In this document: positions 1-9,729 of the stretch, in pieces
How the letters are laid out: each line of letters starts with the position of its first letter
How positions within the stretch are numbered: the stretch's first letter is position 1
Made by a program: the position numbers and the translations under genes
Source: Gemmatimonadota bacterium
Lineage (GTDB): Bacteria; Gemmatimonadota; Gemmatimonadetes; Gemmatimonadales; GWC2-71-9
Reading direction: 5' to 3'
Assembly (NCBI GenBank): GCA_040002895.1
Contig: JBDUDP010000003.1
Span: 19,738 to 83,737, forward strand
Length of the DNA: 64,000 bases
Notes under the pieces: model-generated
The model's database searches: none
Seen by the model: the letters and a program-made list of their open reading frames with translations, nothing else
What the model was told of the DNA's origin: nothing

Positions 1-731
1 AGTGCGATGGCATTGCGCACGGTGTGCCACTGCAGCAGCGAGAAGAGCAGCGAGGTCGAGAACGAGCGTTGGTAGAACGCGTTCACGGCGGTGCTGGCGA
101 CCGCCGCGAGCGCGGTCCCGACGAGCGCGCCCGCCATCGCAATCAGTGACGATTCGATCATCAGTGACCGGAAAATCGTCCGCCGCGAGATGCCGATGAA
201 GCGCAGCACCGCCACATCCTGCCGCCGTGCCTCGACCTTGAGGACCATGAGGCAAAGCAGGAAGATCGCGCTGGCAAGGATCGAGATGAAGGCAATCGCA
301 CGGTGAAAGCGCGAAACCACGAGAAACGTGGTCGACGATTGCGACGCGATCATGCCGGTGGGAAAGGCCTCGTAGCCGAACGCGATGCGGTTGAGCCGGT
401 CGGCGGCGCTGTCGATGGCGATGCCAGGCTGCAGCGCGACCCCGAAGCGGTCCACTCGGTCGGGTTGGCCGAGCAAGGCAGCGAGATCGGGGAGGTGCAT
501 CCGCACCCGGTAGTCGCGGCGCATGATCGTGGCGGGGTCGGCCAGCGGCTCGATGATGGCGGCGACCCTCGCCACACGCTCGGGCGCATCAGCGGTGGCG
601 GCGACCCACACCGTGTCGCCCACCCGCAGTCGGGCGGCCTCGGCGAAACGGCGCTCCACGGCAAGATCCAGTGCCTGCGCAGAGAGGCAGGCCGGGGCCA
701 GCAACAGCATCGAGAGGACGAGACGAGTCAC
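1..731 (-). CDS. FtsX/MacB-like ABC transporter permease (3' end runs off the window)
   Basis: Manual translation from GTG at 731 is open to the edge: signal-like N-terminus, then 'ASAIFLLCLMVLKVEARRQDVAVLRFIGISRRTIFRSLMIES', the FtsX-type signature. Not in the ORF track because no stop lies in the window. Confidence 0.75.
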   Translation of the reverse strand, partial: MTRLVLSMLLLAPACLSAQALDLAVERRFAEAARLRVGDTVWVAATADAPERVARVAAIIEPLADPATIMRRDYRVRMHLPDLAALLGQPDRVDRFGVALQPGIAIDSAADRLNRIAFGYEAFPTGMIASQSSTTFLVVSRFHRAIAFISILASAIFLLCLMVLKVEARRQDVAVLRFIGISRRTIFRSLMIESSLIAMAGALVGTALAAVASTAVNAFYQRSFSTSLLFSLLQWHTVRNAIA

Positions 732-771
732 GCTCGGAAGGTACCCTGCCCCGTCGGTCAGGATCCTCGAC

Positions 772-1551
772 TCACGGTCGGATCGCGAATCCAACGCCAA
801 GGTACGATCGATCGGCCACCCCACCGAGACCAGCACCGACCCGAGCGTCCAGCTGCATGTTGTCGGAAAGCAGCAGGGCGAGGCCGCCGTTGAGGTAGTG
901 CGCGGTCGAGGCACCAGACTCACTGAGCGCCGGAATGAAGGCGTAATACTCGCCATACGCCTTGAGCCGTGAGGTGAGCGCGCGTCCGATGGTCACCGAG
1001 GGTGCGATCTCCCAGGCATCGCCAGTGACCCGATTGACTTGCAGCCCCATCGCCAGCGACCACACCGGCGAAAGCGTCCACCCCGCCAGCAGCGCGGCAC
1101 CGGGCAGGGTGGAATTCTGGGTGACCGACTCGGCACCGGTCGGGACGGTGGCCTGCAGCATGGCGGCGAGTTCGGGCCGACTGCCCTGCTGCGCGCCGAG
1201 TCCGAGTTTGACGCCGAGATACAGATCATTGGCGCCGGTGTACCGCGTGCCGAAGCCCGCCGGCGGCGACACCGAGGTCAGCGTCTGCGCCACCCGCAGC
1301 TCGATACGCGAACTGAGTCCGTAGCGCAGCAACAGTTCAGGCCAGGTCACGCTTTGCCCCATGCCGCTGTTGCGGCTTGCGGCGGTGGTCGTGATCCCTG
1401 CCTCCAATTGCACGCGTCCGCGCGGCACCAGGGTACTCGACTCGGTGAAGTCAGGGCGGTCGGTGGTGATCACGTCTGGCGACTGCGCCGCCGCGGTCGC
1501 TGCGAAGAGCACCATCGGCAGGATCCAGGTCGCACGCATCAGCTGAGCCAT
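772..1551 (-). CDS. Outer-membrane beta-barrel 'transporter' family protein (Phenol_MetA_deg-like)
   Basis: Signal peptide, '[12 protein letters not shown]' N-terminal motif, amphipathic strands, C-terminal [10 protein letters not shown]. Confidence 0.75.
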   Translation of the reverse strand: MAQLMRATWILPMVLFAATAAAQSPDVITTDRPDFTESSTLVPRGRVQLEAGITTTAASRNSGMGQSVTWPELLLRYGLSSRIELRVAQTLTSVSPPAGFGTRYTGANDLYLGVKLGLGAQQGSRPELAAMLQATVPTGAESVTQNSTLPGAALLAGWTLSPVWSLAMGLQVNRVTGDAWEIAPSVTIGRALTSRLKAYGEYYAFIPALSESGASTAHYLNGGLALLLSDNMQLDARVGAGLGGVADRSYLGVGFAIRP

Positions 1552-2912
1552 CTGACGGCTTCTCCGTAGAGCAGGTAGGCGTTGAGTCCCGCGATCACCA
1601 CCGCGACCACCACCGCAAACCCGATGGTGATCGGATGATTCACGAAGTCACCCATCTTGGCCTTCGACGAGGTGAAGAGGACCAGCGGGATGACGGCAAA
1701 CGAAAGTTGCAGTGAGAGAATCACTTGCGAGAGGATCAGCAGCGCGCCGACTCCCTTTTCCCCGTACATCGCCGTGACGATTACTGCCGGGACGATCGCG
1801 ATCAGGCGGGTGATGAGCCGGCGCAGCCATGGGGGCAGGCGGATGTTGAGGAATCCCTCCATCACGATCTGTCCCGCGAGGGTACCGGTGATGGTGGAGT
1901 TCTGTCCCGAGGCGAGCAGCGCCACGGCGAACAGCGTGCTCGCGAGCGACGTCCCCAGCAGGGGCGTGAGCAGCTGGTAGGCATCGCCGATGTCGGCTAC
2001 GCTCTCATGGCCGGTGCCGTGGAAGGTGGCCGCCGAGAGGATCAGGATCGCGGCATTCACGAGAAATGCCAGGAAGAGGGCGACGGTGGAATCGAGCGCC
2101 CCGTACTTGATGGCCTGCCGGATTCCAGCCGGCGTATTCTCGATCTCCCGGGTCTGCACCACCGCCGAATGGAGGTAGAGATTGTGCGGCATCACGGTGG
2201 CGCCGAGGATACCCAGCGCGATGTAGAGCATCGCCGGGTTGGTGACCACCTGCGAGGTGGGCACCAGCCCCACGAGGATGCCGCTGAGTGACGGCTGCGA
2301 GAATGCCATTTCGGCCGCGAAACAGATTCCCACGGTGGCCAGCAGCACGATCACGAGAATTTCGAGCCAGCGGAATCCTCGGCGCTGCAGGGCAAGAATC
2401 AACAACACGTCGAGGGCCGTGAGCACCACACCCCAGATCAGGGGAATCCCGAACAGCAGGTTCAACGCGATCGCCGACCCGATCACCTCGGCGAGGTCAC
2501 ACGCCGCGATCGCGATCTCGCACAACACCCAGAGCATGAACGACACCGGGCGCGAGTAGTGATCGCGGCATGCCTGCGCGAGATCGCGACCGGTCACCAC
2601 GCCCAACTTCACGGCGAGAATCTGGAGCAGGATCGCCATCAGGTTGGAGATCAGGATCACGCTGAGCAGGGTGTAGCCGAACGACGCCCCGCCGGCGAGA
2701 TCGGTCGCCCAGTTGCCGGGGTCCATATAGCCCACAGCCACCATGTACCCGGGCCCCGCGAAGGCCAGTGCCTTGCGCCACCACGGTCCGTTCATCGGCA
2801 CCTTCACCGAACGGAACACCTCTGGCAGCGAGGGCATGTGTCGCGGGTATCGCCAGCCACCAGGACCACCAGTGGTGGGGGCGTCGGTCGAGATCGGAGT
2901 ATTCGGGCTCAT
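1539..2912 (-). CDS. mntH: Nramp-family Mn2+/divalent metal transporter
   Basis: 'GYMDPGNW' and '[13 protein letters not shown]' Nramp motifs; many TM helices. Confidence 0.95.
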   Translation of the reverse strand: MSPNTPISTDAPTTGGPGGWRYPRHMPSLPEVFRSVKVPMNGPWWRKALAFAGPGYMVAVGYMDPGNWATDLAGGASFGYTLLSVILISNLMAILLQILAVKLGVVTGRDLAQACRDHYSRPVSFMLWVLCEIAIAACDLAEVIGSAIALNLLFGIPLIWGVVLTALDVLLILALQRRGFRWLEILVIVLLATVGICFAAEMAFSQPSLSGILVGLVPTSQVVTNPAMLYIALGILGATVMPHNLYLHSAVVQTREIENTPAGIRQAIKYGALDSTVALFLAFLVNAAILILSAATFHGTGHESVADIGDAYQLLTPLLGTSLASTLFAVALLASGQNSTITGTLAGQIVMEGFLNIRLPPWLRRLITRLIAIVPAVIVTAMYGEKGVGALLILSQVILSLQLSFAVIPLVLFTSSKAKMGDFVNHPITIGFAVVVAVVIAGLNAYLLYGEAVRWLS

Positions 2913-3604
2913 GCGCCGCCCCCGTCACGCACTCGGCGAGCGCATCGCAGTTGTCGCGCCAGCTCGCGCCCGACCACGCGCTGTTCGCCGCCGAGGTCCA
3001 CGGTGATCGGCCCGGCAAACGGCTGCACATCGCACACAGTCACCTCGACACCGGGCACCAGCCCCGCGTCGGCCAACCACCGCAACCGCTCGGCCGAGCT
3101 CGAGTCGACGCGCGCGATGGTGACGGTTTCGCCGACGGCGACATCGGGGAGCGACACATCGAAGTTCTCGGGCATCGCGCCATCAACGGTGGGGATCGGG
3201 TCGCCGTGCGGATCGACACTGGGGTGGCCAAGGGCACGGGCCATTCGGTCGATCAGATCATCGGAGACCGCATGCTCCAGTCGCTCGGCCTCGTCGTGCA
3301 CGGTGTCCCAGGAGTAGTCGAGACACTGCACCAGGTACGCCTCGATGAGGCGGTGACGACGAAGCATGCGCAGCGCGGCGCGACGACCATCGTCGGTGAG
3401 CGTCACGCCCTTGTAGGGGAAGTGCTCCACCAGACCGGTTTCGGCCAGTCGCTTCACCATTCCGCTGACCGACGGGGCGGCCACGGCGAGCGCATCGGCG
3501 ATGCCAGTGGTGGAGGCGGGCTGACCGGCTTCAGAGAGCGTGAAGATGGTCTTGAGGTAGTCCTCAACCGACCGGGAGAGGTCGGATGATGGTTCTTTAG
3601 TCAT
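2909..3604 (-). CDS. mntR: DtxR/MntR-family metal-dependent regulator with FeoA domain
   Basis: '[10 protein letters not shown]', 'RRHRLIE', 'EAERLEH', 'DPHGDPIP', FeoA-like C-terminus. Start is ATG 3604 or TTG 3613. Confidence 0.9.
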   Translation of the reverse strand: MTKEPSSDLSRSVEDYLKTIFTLSEAGQPASTTGIADALAVAAPSVSGMVKRLAETGLVEHFPYKGVTLTDDGRRAALRMLRRHRLIEAYLVQCLDYSWDTVHDEAERLEHAVSDDLIDRMARALGHPSVDPHGDPIPTVDGAMPENFDVSLPDVAVGETVTIARVDSSSAERLRWLADAGLVPGVEVTVCDVQPFAGPITVDLGGEQRVVGRELARQLRCARRVRDGGGA

Positions 3605-3611
3605 GCCTAAC
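3596..3611. promoter_or_regulatory. Putative MntR/DtxR-type operator TTAG-N6-CTAA overlapping the mntR start
   Basis: tTTAGtcatgcCTAAc palindrome resembling known MntR boxes (TTAGGTTAGCCTAA core). Confidence 0.6.
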
Positions 3612-3635
3612 AAGTGCTGTTTGCTGGCCGAAAAG

Positions 3636-4220
3636 TCAACTCCCAGGCCGAGTCAACTCCTTCCACTGCCGCAAGATGGGGGTCACGATCTGCTCGGTCA
3701 GCCCCCACAGGAAGCCCTCGGGGAGGTGGTAACCCTCGACGACCCGCTCTGCGCCGGCCACCAGGATCGGGCTCGAACGGAAGACGCCGGGACGGGTCAG
3801 GTATTCCAACTCCACCCAGCGTGCCTCGGCCACCTCGGCGCTCAGTCCGGGAGTGGAGGCATCGTCGAGCCGGAAGAGAAAGGGGCGCACCATGATCGGC
3901 GCGAGCGCACGGATTTGCGGGGCGAGATCGTCAAGGGTGGCGACATGATAGGCTCGGTCGAGTCGTACCCCGGTCTCCTCCCAGGTCTCGCGGATGGCCG
4001 TGTCGAGCAGGTCGCCATCGATCGCTTCCCGCCGGCCGCCGGGGAGCGCGAGGTGACCCGACCACGGGTCACCCGTGCGCAGGGCCCGGCGAATCAGCAA
4101 CAGCCGATCCGGGTCGCTCACCAGGAGCACCGCCACCGCCGCCTGGGGCCGACCCAACGCTTCCGCACCACGCGGCGAGTGCGCCCGCAACCGATCGATC
4201 AGCGCCTCGAGCGGACTCAC
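3636..4220 (-). CDS. Nudix hydrolase, CoA pyrophosphatase-like
   Basis: 'AAVAVLL', 'WSGHLALPGG...AIRETWEETG' Nudix box; GTG 4220 overlaps the upstream stop (GTGA). Confidence 0.85.
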   Translation of the reverse strand: MSPLEALIDRLRAHSPRGAEALGRPQAAVAVLLVSDPDRLLLIRRALRTGDPWSGHLALPGGRREAIDGDLLDTAIRETWEETGVRLDRAYHVATLDDLAPQIRALAPIMVRPFLFRLDDASTPGLSAEVAEARWVELEYLTRPGVFRSSPILVAGAERVVEGYHLPEGFLWGLTEQIVTPILRQWKELTRPGS

Positions 4221-5053
4221 GTCAGGGTGCGGGCAAAGAACGCCACCGTGGCATCGGCCACGCGATCGAACTCGGGCGTCGACCCCGCCCACGGGTGCTT
4301 GGTGCCGAAGCCGTGATTGGCATCCGGAACAAAGAGCGTCTCGTGACCGGGCCCCGCGACCGCATTGAGTGCTTCCGCTTCCTCGAACCGCACCGAGTCG
4401 TCGCCGGTGCCGTGCACCTGCAACCAGGGTCGGCCAAGAGTCCGCGCGGCCTCGGGAATGTCGAGTCGGCCGTGCTCATGCCGCAGGCAATCGTCAGCCA
4501 CCTCGAAGCTGAGCGGGAGATGGAGCCGGAGCCGCTCGTGCAGGATTTTCACCGTCCCCGCCTTCCGCCACGCCGCGAGTTCGGCATCATTGTGGCGACG
4601 CGCGCGACTGATGGCGGCCCAGGTGACAACGGCATCGATGGCCGGAGTCTCCCGTGCAAGGCAGAGCGCCATGCCGCCTCCACGCGAGTGGCCCAGCACG
4701 CCGATCGAACTGGGCGTTGCGAGGCCGAGACGATCATCGTGCAGCGCGCGGAGCACCACCGTGAGGTCGTCGAGTTCGCGTGAGTAGGTGTTGATGGCAA
4801 AGCGATCGAGCCGCGTGAAGTCGCCGCTGGCGTCCACTCCCGCACCGCTCACCGACACGGTGACCGCGGTGTAGCCGGCGCGGGCGAGTCGCTCCGCAAA
4901 TGGCGGGAAGAAGGCGAAGTCCTTGAAGCCCTTGAACCCGTGGTGGAGCAACACCAGTGGCTGCGAGGCACCGCGCGACGTCGATCGAACGTCCACGAGG
5001 ATGTCCCCGAGTGCCCCGGGGAGGGTGTGGTGCGAGAGTGTCGGCGTGGCCAT
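4217..5053 (-). CDS. Alpha/beta hydrolase
   Basis: 'HGFKGFKD', GHSRGG nucleophile elbow, 'HGTGDDSV', 'ANHGF'. Confidence 0.85.
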   Translation of the reverse strand: MATPTLSHHTLPGALGDILVDVRSTSRGASQPLVLLHHGFKGFKDFAFFPPFAERLARAGYTAVTVSVSGAGVDASGDFTRLDRFAINTYSRELDDLTVVLRALHDDRLGLATPSSIGVLGHSRGGGMALCLARETPAIDAVVTWAAISRARRHNDAELAAWRKAGTVKILHERLRLHLPLSFEVADDCLRHEHGRLDIPEAARTLGRPWLQVHGTGDDSVRFEEAEALNAVAGPGHETLFVPDANHGFGTKHPWAGSTPEFDRVADATVAFFARTLT

Positions 5054-5082
5054 ACCGGGAAGCTAACCGGCGTACGCGCCGA

Positions 5083-6042
5083 CTAGCGGACCGCCGGCTC
5101 CGTCAGGGTGAGTTCGCCGCGTGTGGCGTCGAGCTCCGCCACCACGCCGATGGGCAGGGTCCACTGATCGTCGATGTGGCCGATCGGAAAGCCTGCCGCG
5201 ACCGGGACACCGAGCGGATCGAAGTAGGTGTGCAGCACCTCATCGAGACCGAGGGCGCCACCGTCGGTGCCGTGCTTCATCTCGGTGAATCGTCCGACCG
5301 CGACTCCGGCCACGCGCTGCAGCGCACCCACACCGCGCAGGTGCGCCAGCATCCGGTCGATGCGGTAGACATCCTCGCTGACATCCTCGATGAAGAGAAT
5401 GGCGCCATCGAGCGACGGGAAGTACGGCGTGCCAACGAGCGCCTGCAGCAGGGTGAGATTGCCGCCGATGAGCGGCCCGCGTGCGGTGCCGGGCGCAATG
5501 GTGATGATCCTGCCGTCTTTCGGGACCAGCACATCGGGCTTCGGCGCGGGCCGGCCGAGGGTGCCCGCAGCACCCACCGTGGTGAGGACTCGATCGAAGT
5601 GCCAGCGCTGGAAATTCGGCATCGGTGTACGCGCAATGGGTCCATGAAACGTCACCACGCCAGTCTTGGTCCAGAGGGCGAGGAGCAGGACGGTGATGTC
5701 AGAGAATCCGATCACTGGCTTGGGGTGCCGCGCGAAGCCGGCGAAATCGACCCGATCGATGATCCGGTTCATGCCATTGCCGCCGCGCAGGCACCAGACG
5801 GCATCGACGGCGCTCGACGCCAGGGCCGCGTTCAGGTCGGCCAGACGTTCGTCATCGGTGCCGGCGAGATAACCGTAAGCCTTGCCTGCGTTTGGCGAGA
5901 CCGTGGGAAGAAACCCCAGGGCTCGGCAAAGTTCGGCGCCGCGTTCACGATCATCGTGTTCGAGCAGTGGCCCGGAAGGTGCGATCAGGGCCACACGGGA
6001 ACCGGGGCCGAGACGAGGCGGTAAGATTGGGTTGGGCTGCAT
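5083..6042 (-). CDS. ldcA: LD-carboxypeptidase (peptidase S66)
   Basis: 'IAPSG', 'RGGNG', 'GFSDIT', 'GGNL', 'PIGH' S66 motifs. Confidence 0.9.
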   Translation of the reverse strand: MQPNPILPPRLGPGSRVALIAPSGPLLEHDDRERGAELCRALGFLPTVSPNAGKAYGYLAGTDDERLADLNAALASSAVDAVWCLRGGNGMNRIIDRVDFAGFARHPKPVIGFSDITVLLLALWTKTGVVTFHGPIARTPMPNFQRWHFDRVLTTVGAAGTLGRPAPKPDVLVPKDGRIITIAPGTARGPLIGGNLTLLQALVGTPYFPSLDGAILFIEDVSEDVYRIDRMLAHLRGVGALQRVAGVAVGRFTEMKHGTDGGALGLDEVLHTYFDPLGVPVAAGFPIGHIDDQWTLPIGVVAELDATRGELTLTEPAVR

Positions 6043-6086
6043 TCCGGCTCCAGTTACGATTGAACGACTTCTACAGGAGACGACGC

Positions 6087-6644
6087 TTGCGATCGTCCCA
6101 TCCGACTCAGCTTGCGGCCGCCAAGGCCATTTCCGATGCCCGCGAGGCGATGGTTGCCGAATGGGCCGACTGGCTCGATGACCGAGCCGGCTCCAGCAAT
6201 ATCCCCCGACGGCTGGTTGAGCGACAGTTTCACCTGATTATCGACACCCTGATCGAAATGCTGGGCCCCCTGCGTCGGGAGGCCAAGCTGGTGTGGCAGC
6301 AGACGATGGAGCACTATGGCCGAACGGCAGCCGCCCGTGGCCTCGCGGCTGGTGAAGTGGTCGAGGAGCTGCAACAGCTGCGCGTCCTGCTGATCAAGTA
6401 TATCGGTCCGTTCGTGGCCGCCATGCGGCCGCGCCGCGCGGTCGCGCTGTTCCTCCGCCTCAACGCCATCATCGATCGCGGCATCGCCTTCGCCGTGGTC
6501 GGATACACCGATGCCCTGGTCGCCTCGCTCATGATGACCGACGACCAGAACGCGCACCCGCTGACCGAGGCCTCGGCCGACGATCTGGCCCGTCAGCTGG
6601 ACCACTTCGAAATCGAACTGGGCGCGATCGCCGCTCGACACTGA
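6087..6644 (+). CDS. Hypothetical helical protein, RsbRD N-terminal/non-heme globin sensor-like
   Basis: AGGAG before TTG 6087; 'EHYGRTAAARGLAAGEVVEELQQLR' resembles the RsbRD_N pattern. Confidence 0.5.
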   Translation: MRSSHPTQLAAAKAISDAREAMVAEWADWLDDRAGSSNIPRRLVERQFHLIIDTLIEMLGPLRREAKLVWQQTMEHYGRTAAARGLAAGEVVEELQQLRVLLIKYIGPFVAAMRPRRAVALFLRLNAIIDRGIAFAVVGYTDALVASLMMTDDQNAHPLTEASADDLARQLDHFEIELGAIAARH

Positions 6645-6786
6645 CCGGTGAGCGACAGCCGGCCAGGTCCCGCTTCGACGCACTTTCAGCGCCGCTGACG
6701 CGAACAGAATTTAGGCCGCATCGCGCGGTACCCGCGCGCGACAGCACGCACCACAGCACACGCCGACAGGGCACCAGACTGTCGGC

Positions 6787-9729
6787 GTGCTCATTTCTCC
6801 CGCTCATGCTGCGGCAACCGATCACGCGGCGCTGGTGCATCGCTTGGGTGGCGGCGCCTGCCTGGTGCCGATTCCGTTGCCTGGACCGGGCGGCCTGCTG
6901 GAGGTGGGGGAACTGGCGAGGCTCCCGGTCTGGAGCCTCCACGCCAGCGCACGCGATGGCGCCGCTGCGCTGCGTCGACTCACCCGACGGGCGCAACTGG
7001 GCATCCTGATCCTGCGCGACCCACAGCGGTCATTCGATGCCATGGCACTCTCGATCCCACCGCTGCACTGGGCGGCACTGGGCCCCGACCCTGCCGAGTC
7101 GCTCGCCTGTCGCCGACTCATGCGTGCGGCGCGCGCCACGCGCGCGACACCGCTGGAACACGCCATCGCTTGCGCCGACGCGCTCGACATCGACGCCGCC
7201 GGGCGTCAGGCCTTCAAGCTGCTCCGCTCCCTGCTCACCCAGGCCGTCGAGGCGCTTCCCGACAGGGCCAGCCGAGCCGATCGCCACGCCTGGACGCTGG
7301 TGCAACTCACCCGACTGCTCTTTCTCCGGTTTGTGGAGTCCGAAGGCTGGCTGGATGGCAACCCACGATTCCTGGCCGAGGCCTTTGACCAGTGCCTGGT
7401 CCGGCGGCGCGATCCGACCCGTCACCTCCTGCATCCGCTCTTCTTCGGCACCCTGAATCGCCCGGCAATGCTGCGCTCGCACGGCGCGTCGCGCTTCGGA
7501 TCGATTCCTTTCCTGAACGGTGGATTGTTCGAACCGCACGCCATTGAACAACTGCACCCCATGCGCCTCCCGGTGGAGTATTGGCGCGACGCGTTCGGCG
7601 CGCTGGTCGATCGGATCGAGGTGACCCTCGACGTCGACGAGTCCGAGGGTCGAGTCACACCCGAACTGCTGGGGCGGGTCTTTGAAGGGGTGATGGCGCC
7701 TGAGGAACGTCAACAAGAGGGCGCGTTCTTCACGCCTCCGGCGCTCGTCGATGCCGTCCTGCGCGCCGCACTCACGAATCACCTCAGCCATCGACTCGGA
7801 CGCGGCGAGTCCGAAATGGCGCGCGCACTGGAGGACCCCGACCCCGAGACCTCGGCAGCACTACTCGACCTGACCATTCTCGATCCTGCCGTGGGATCCG
7901 GCGCATTCCTCGTGGGGGCGCTGGCCTTGCTGCATGGGCCTGGCCCGCGCCGTGCCACACGCGTGCGCCACCTCGTGACGCGACGCCTCTTCGGGGTCGA
8001 TCGTCATCCCGATGCCGTGCGGCTCACCGAGCTTCGACTCTGGCTCGAGGTGTTGCGCGCGATGCGCGGGCGGCCGACACACCGCCTCCCGCCGTTGCCG
8101 AACCTCAACGCCGGCATCCGCGCGGGGGATTCCCTTCTCGATCCACTCTCCGGGCATCGCCTCGCTCCTGCCACCGCCGCACGCCTGGCGGAGCACCATC
8201 GCGCCCTTGGTGGGGCGCGCGGCCCCGACAAACGGGCGCTGATGCGTACCACCCGCGAACTCGAGCGCGAAGGCATTGTGGCGGCAATGCTCGAACGCGA
8301 AGACTCGCTCGATGCACGCATTGCCGACCTCATCTCCGGCGGCCGCGGCGCGGATCTCTTCGGAACTTCCCTGCGTCTCTCACACAAGAGTGCCATCGCC
8401 CTCGGGCACTTGAGGGTCACTCGGCGCGACCTGCGTCGTGAGCGGCGACGCATTGCGCGCGACCAGAGTGCTGCGCCTTTCGCACTGACCGCCGCGTTCG
8501 CACCGGCGATCACGCGACGTGGTGGGTTCGACCTGGTCGTGGGCAACCCACCCTGGGTGCGCGCCGAACGCCTGCTCGAGGTCACTCGCCGGGCGCTCGC
8601 ATCACGCTATCGCTGGTGGAAGTCGGCCGGTGCCGGGTGGCGCCACCTGCCCGACCTGTCGGTCGCCTTTGTCGAACGCAGCCATGAGTTGCTCGCGCCG
8701 CACGGCACCATGGCGCTGCTGCTCCCAGCAAAACTCGCCACCGCGGGATACGCGCGGACGTGTCGCTCGGCGCTCGCCACCTCAACCACGATACACCATG
8801 TCGCCGATCTGACCGGCGACCCTTGCGCCGGCTTTGACGCCACGACCTATCCGCTGGCGTTCATCGCATCGCGACGCCAACCCGTCGCCGATCATCGCGT
8901 GCGCCTCGGCCTCGCCCTCGAGGACGAGGGAGCGCACCAGGAGCTGTGGTGTGACGCCGGGGAATGGCTGCTCGCGCCGCCACGGGTCCAGCAATTGGCC
9001 AATCGGCTCGCGCAGGCGTTCGCTCCCCTCGCACAGAGCGTATCCCTGCAACTCGGCCTCAAGACTGGGGCAAATCGTGCCTTCCTCAATCCGCCGGAAG
9101 CACTGGCTCCCTGGTCACGCCGCGCGCTGCGCGGTCGCGACATCCGCGCCTTTTGCGCCCGCGCCTCGACGCGACTCCTCTGGCCTGCCGACGCTCGCGG
9201 TGTGCCCTGGCCCACGCTGCCGCCGCAACTCATTCGGCATCTCGAGCCCCATCGGGCCGTGCTCACTCGCCGGGCCGACCTGCACGACAGCAGGTGGTGG
9301 CGGCTGTTCCGCACCATGGCGGCCACCGCACCGCATCGGGTGGCGTGGGGAGACTTGGCGTGTCGGCTTGAGGCCACCGTGGTGAGCGATCCCGACGACA
9401 TCCCCCTCAACAGTTGCTACGTCGCCTCACTGCCGACGGCATCCGCCGCGCTCGGACTTGCGGCGTGGCTCAATTGCAGCTGGGTGAGGGCAATCGCTCG
9501 CCTCCGGGCCGAACCTGCCGCGGGCGGTGCCGCGCGCTTCGGCGCACGCGCCGTGGGAGCAGTGCCCTTTCCCGCGGCCGCCGCCGAGAACCCACGACTC
9601 GCGGAGTTCGCAGGCCAGATGACCCAACCGGCCGCCCAGGATGCCCTCGATGCCTTCACCGCAGGCATTCTCGGACTCGATCACCATGACCGCGCCCTGC
9701 TCGCACCGCTGGCCGCGCATCGTCGCTGA
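6787..9729 (+). CDS. Eco57I/TaqI-like N6-adenine DNA methyltransferase (type IIG-like architecture)
   Basis: 'PFLNGGLF', 'LLGRVFE', 'GAFFTP', motif I 'LDPAVGSGAF', motif IV 'NPPW', TaqI_C-like C-terminus. Confidence 0.85.
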   Translation: MLISPAHAAATDHAALVHRLGGGACLVPIPLPGPGGLLEVGELARLPVWSLHASARDGAAALRRLTRRAQLGILILRDPQRSFDAMALSIPPLHWAALGPDPAESLACRRLMRAARATRATPLEHAIACADALDIDAAGRQAFKLLRSLLTQAVEALPDRASRADRHAWTLVQLTRLLFLRFVESEGWLDGNPRFLAEAFDQCLVRRRDPTRHLLHPLFFGTLNRPAMLRSHGASRFGSIPFLNGGLFEPHAIEQLHPMRLPVEYWRDAFGALVDRIEVTLDVDESEGRVTPELLGRVFEGVMAPEERQQEGAFFTPPALVDAVLRAALTNHLSHRLGRGESEMARALEDPDPETSAALLDLTILDPAVGSGAFLVGALALLHGPGPRRATRVRHLVTRRLFGVDRHPDAVRLTELRLWLEVLRAMRGRPTHRLPPLPNLNAGIRAGDSLLDPLSGHRLAPATAARLAEHHRALGGARGPDKRALMRTTRELEREGIVAAMLEREDSLDARIADLISGGRGADLFGTSLRLSHKSAIALGHLRVTRRDLRRERRRIARDQSAAPFALTAAFAPAITRRGGFDLVVGNPPWVRAERLLEVTRRALASRYRWWKSAGAGWRHLPDLSVAFVERSHELLAPHGTMALLLPAKLATAGYARTCRSALATSTTIHHVADLTGDPCAGFDATTYPLAFIASRRQPVADHRVRLGLALEDEGAHQELWCDAGEWLLAPPRVQQLANRLAQAFAPLAQSVSLQLGLKTGANRAFLNPPEALAPWSRRALRGRDIRAFCARASTRLLWPADARGVPWPTLPPQLIRHLEPHRAVLTRRADLHDSRWWRLFRTMAATAPHRVAWGDLACRLEATVVSDPDDIPLNSCYVASLPTASAALGLAAWLNCSWVRAIARLRAEPAAGGAARFGARAVGAVPFPAAAAENPRLAEFAGQMTQPAAQDALDAFTAGILGLDHHDRALLAPLAAHRR

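Noticed and set aside
3633..3660. AGTCAACTCC direct repeat upstream of mntR
   Set aside because: Both copies fall at the end of the Nudix gene; one may supply a -35 but no convincing -10 follows.
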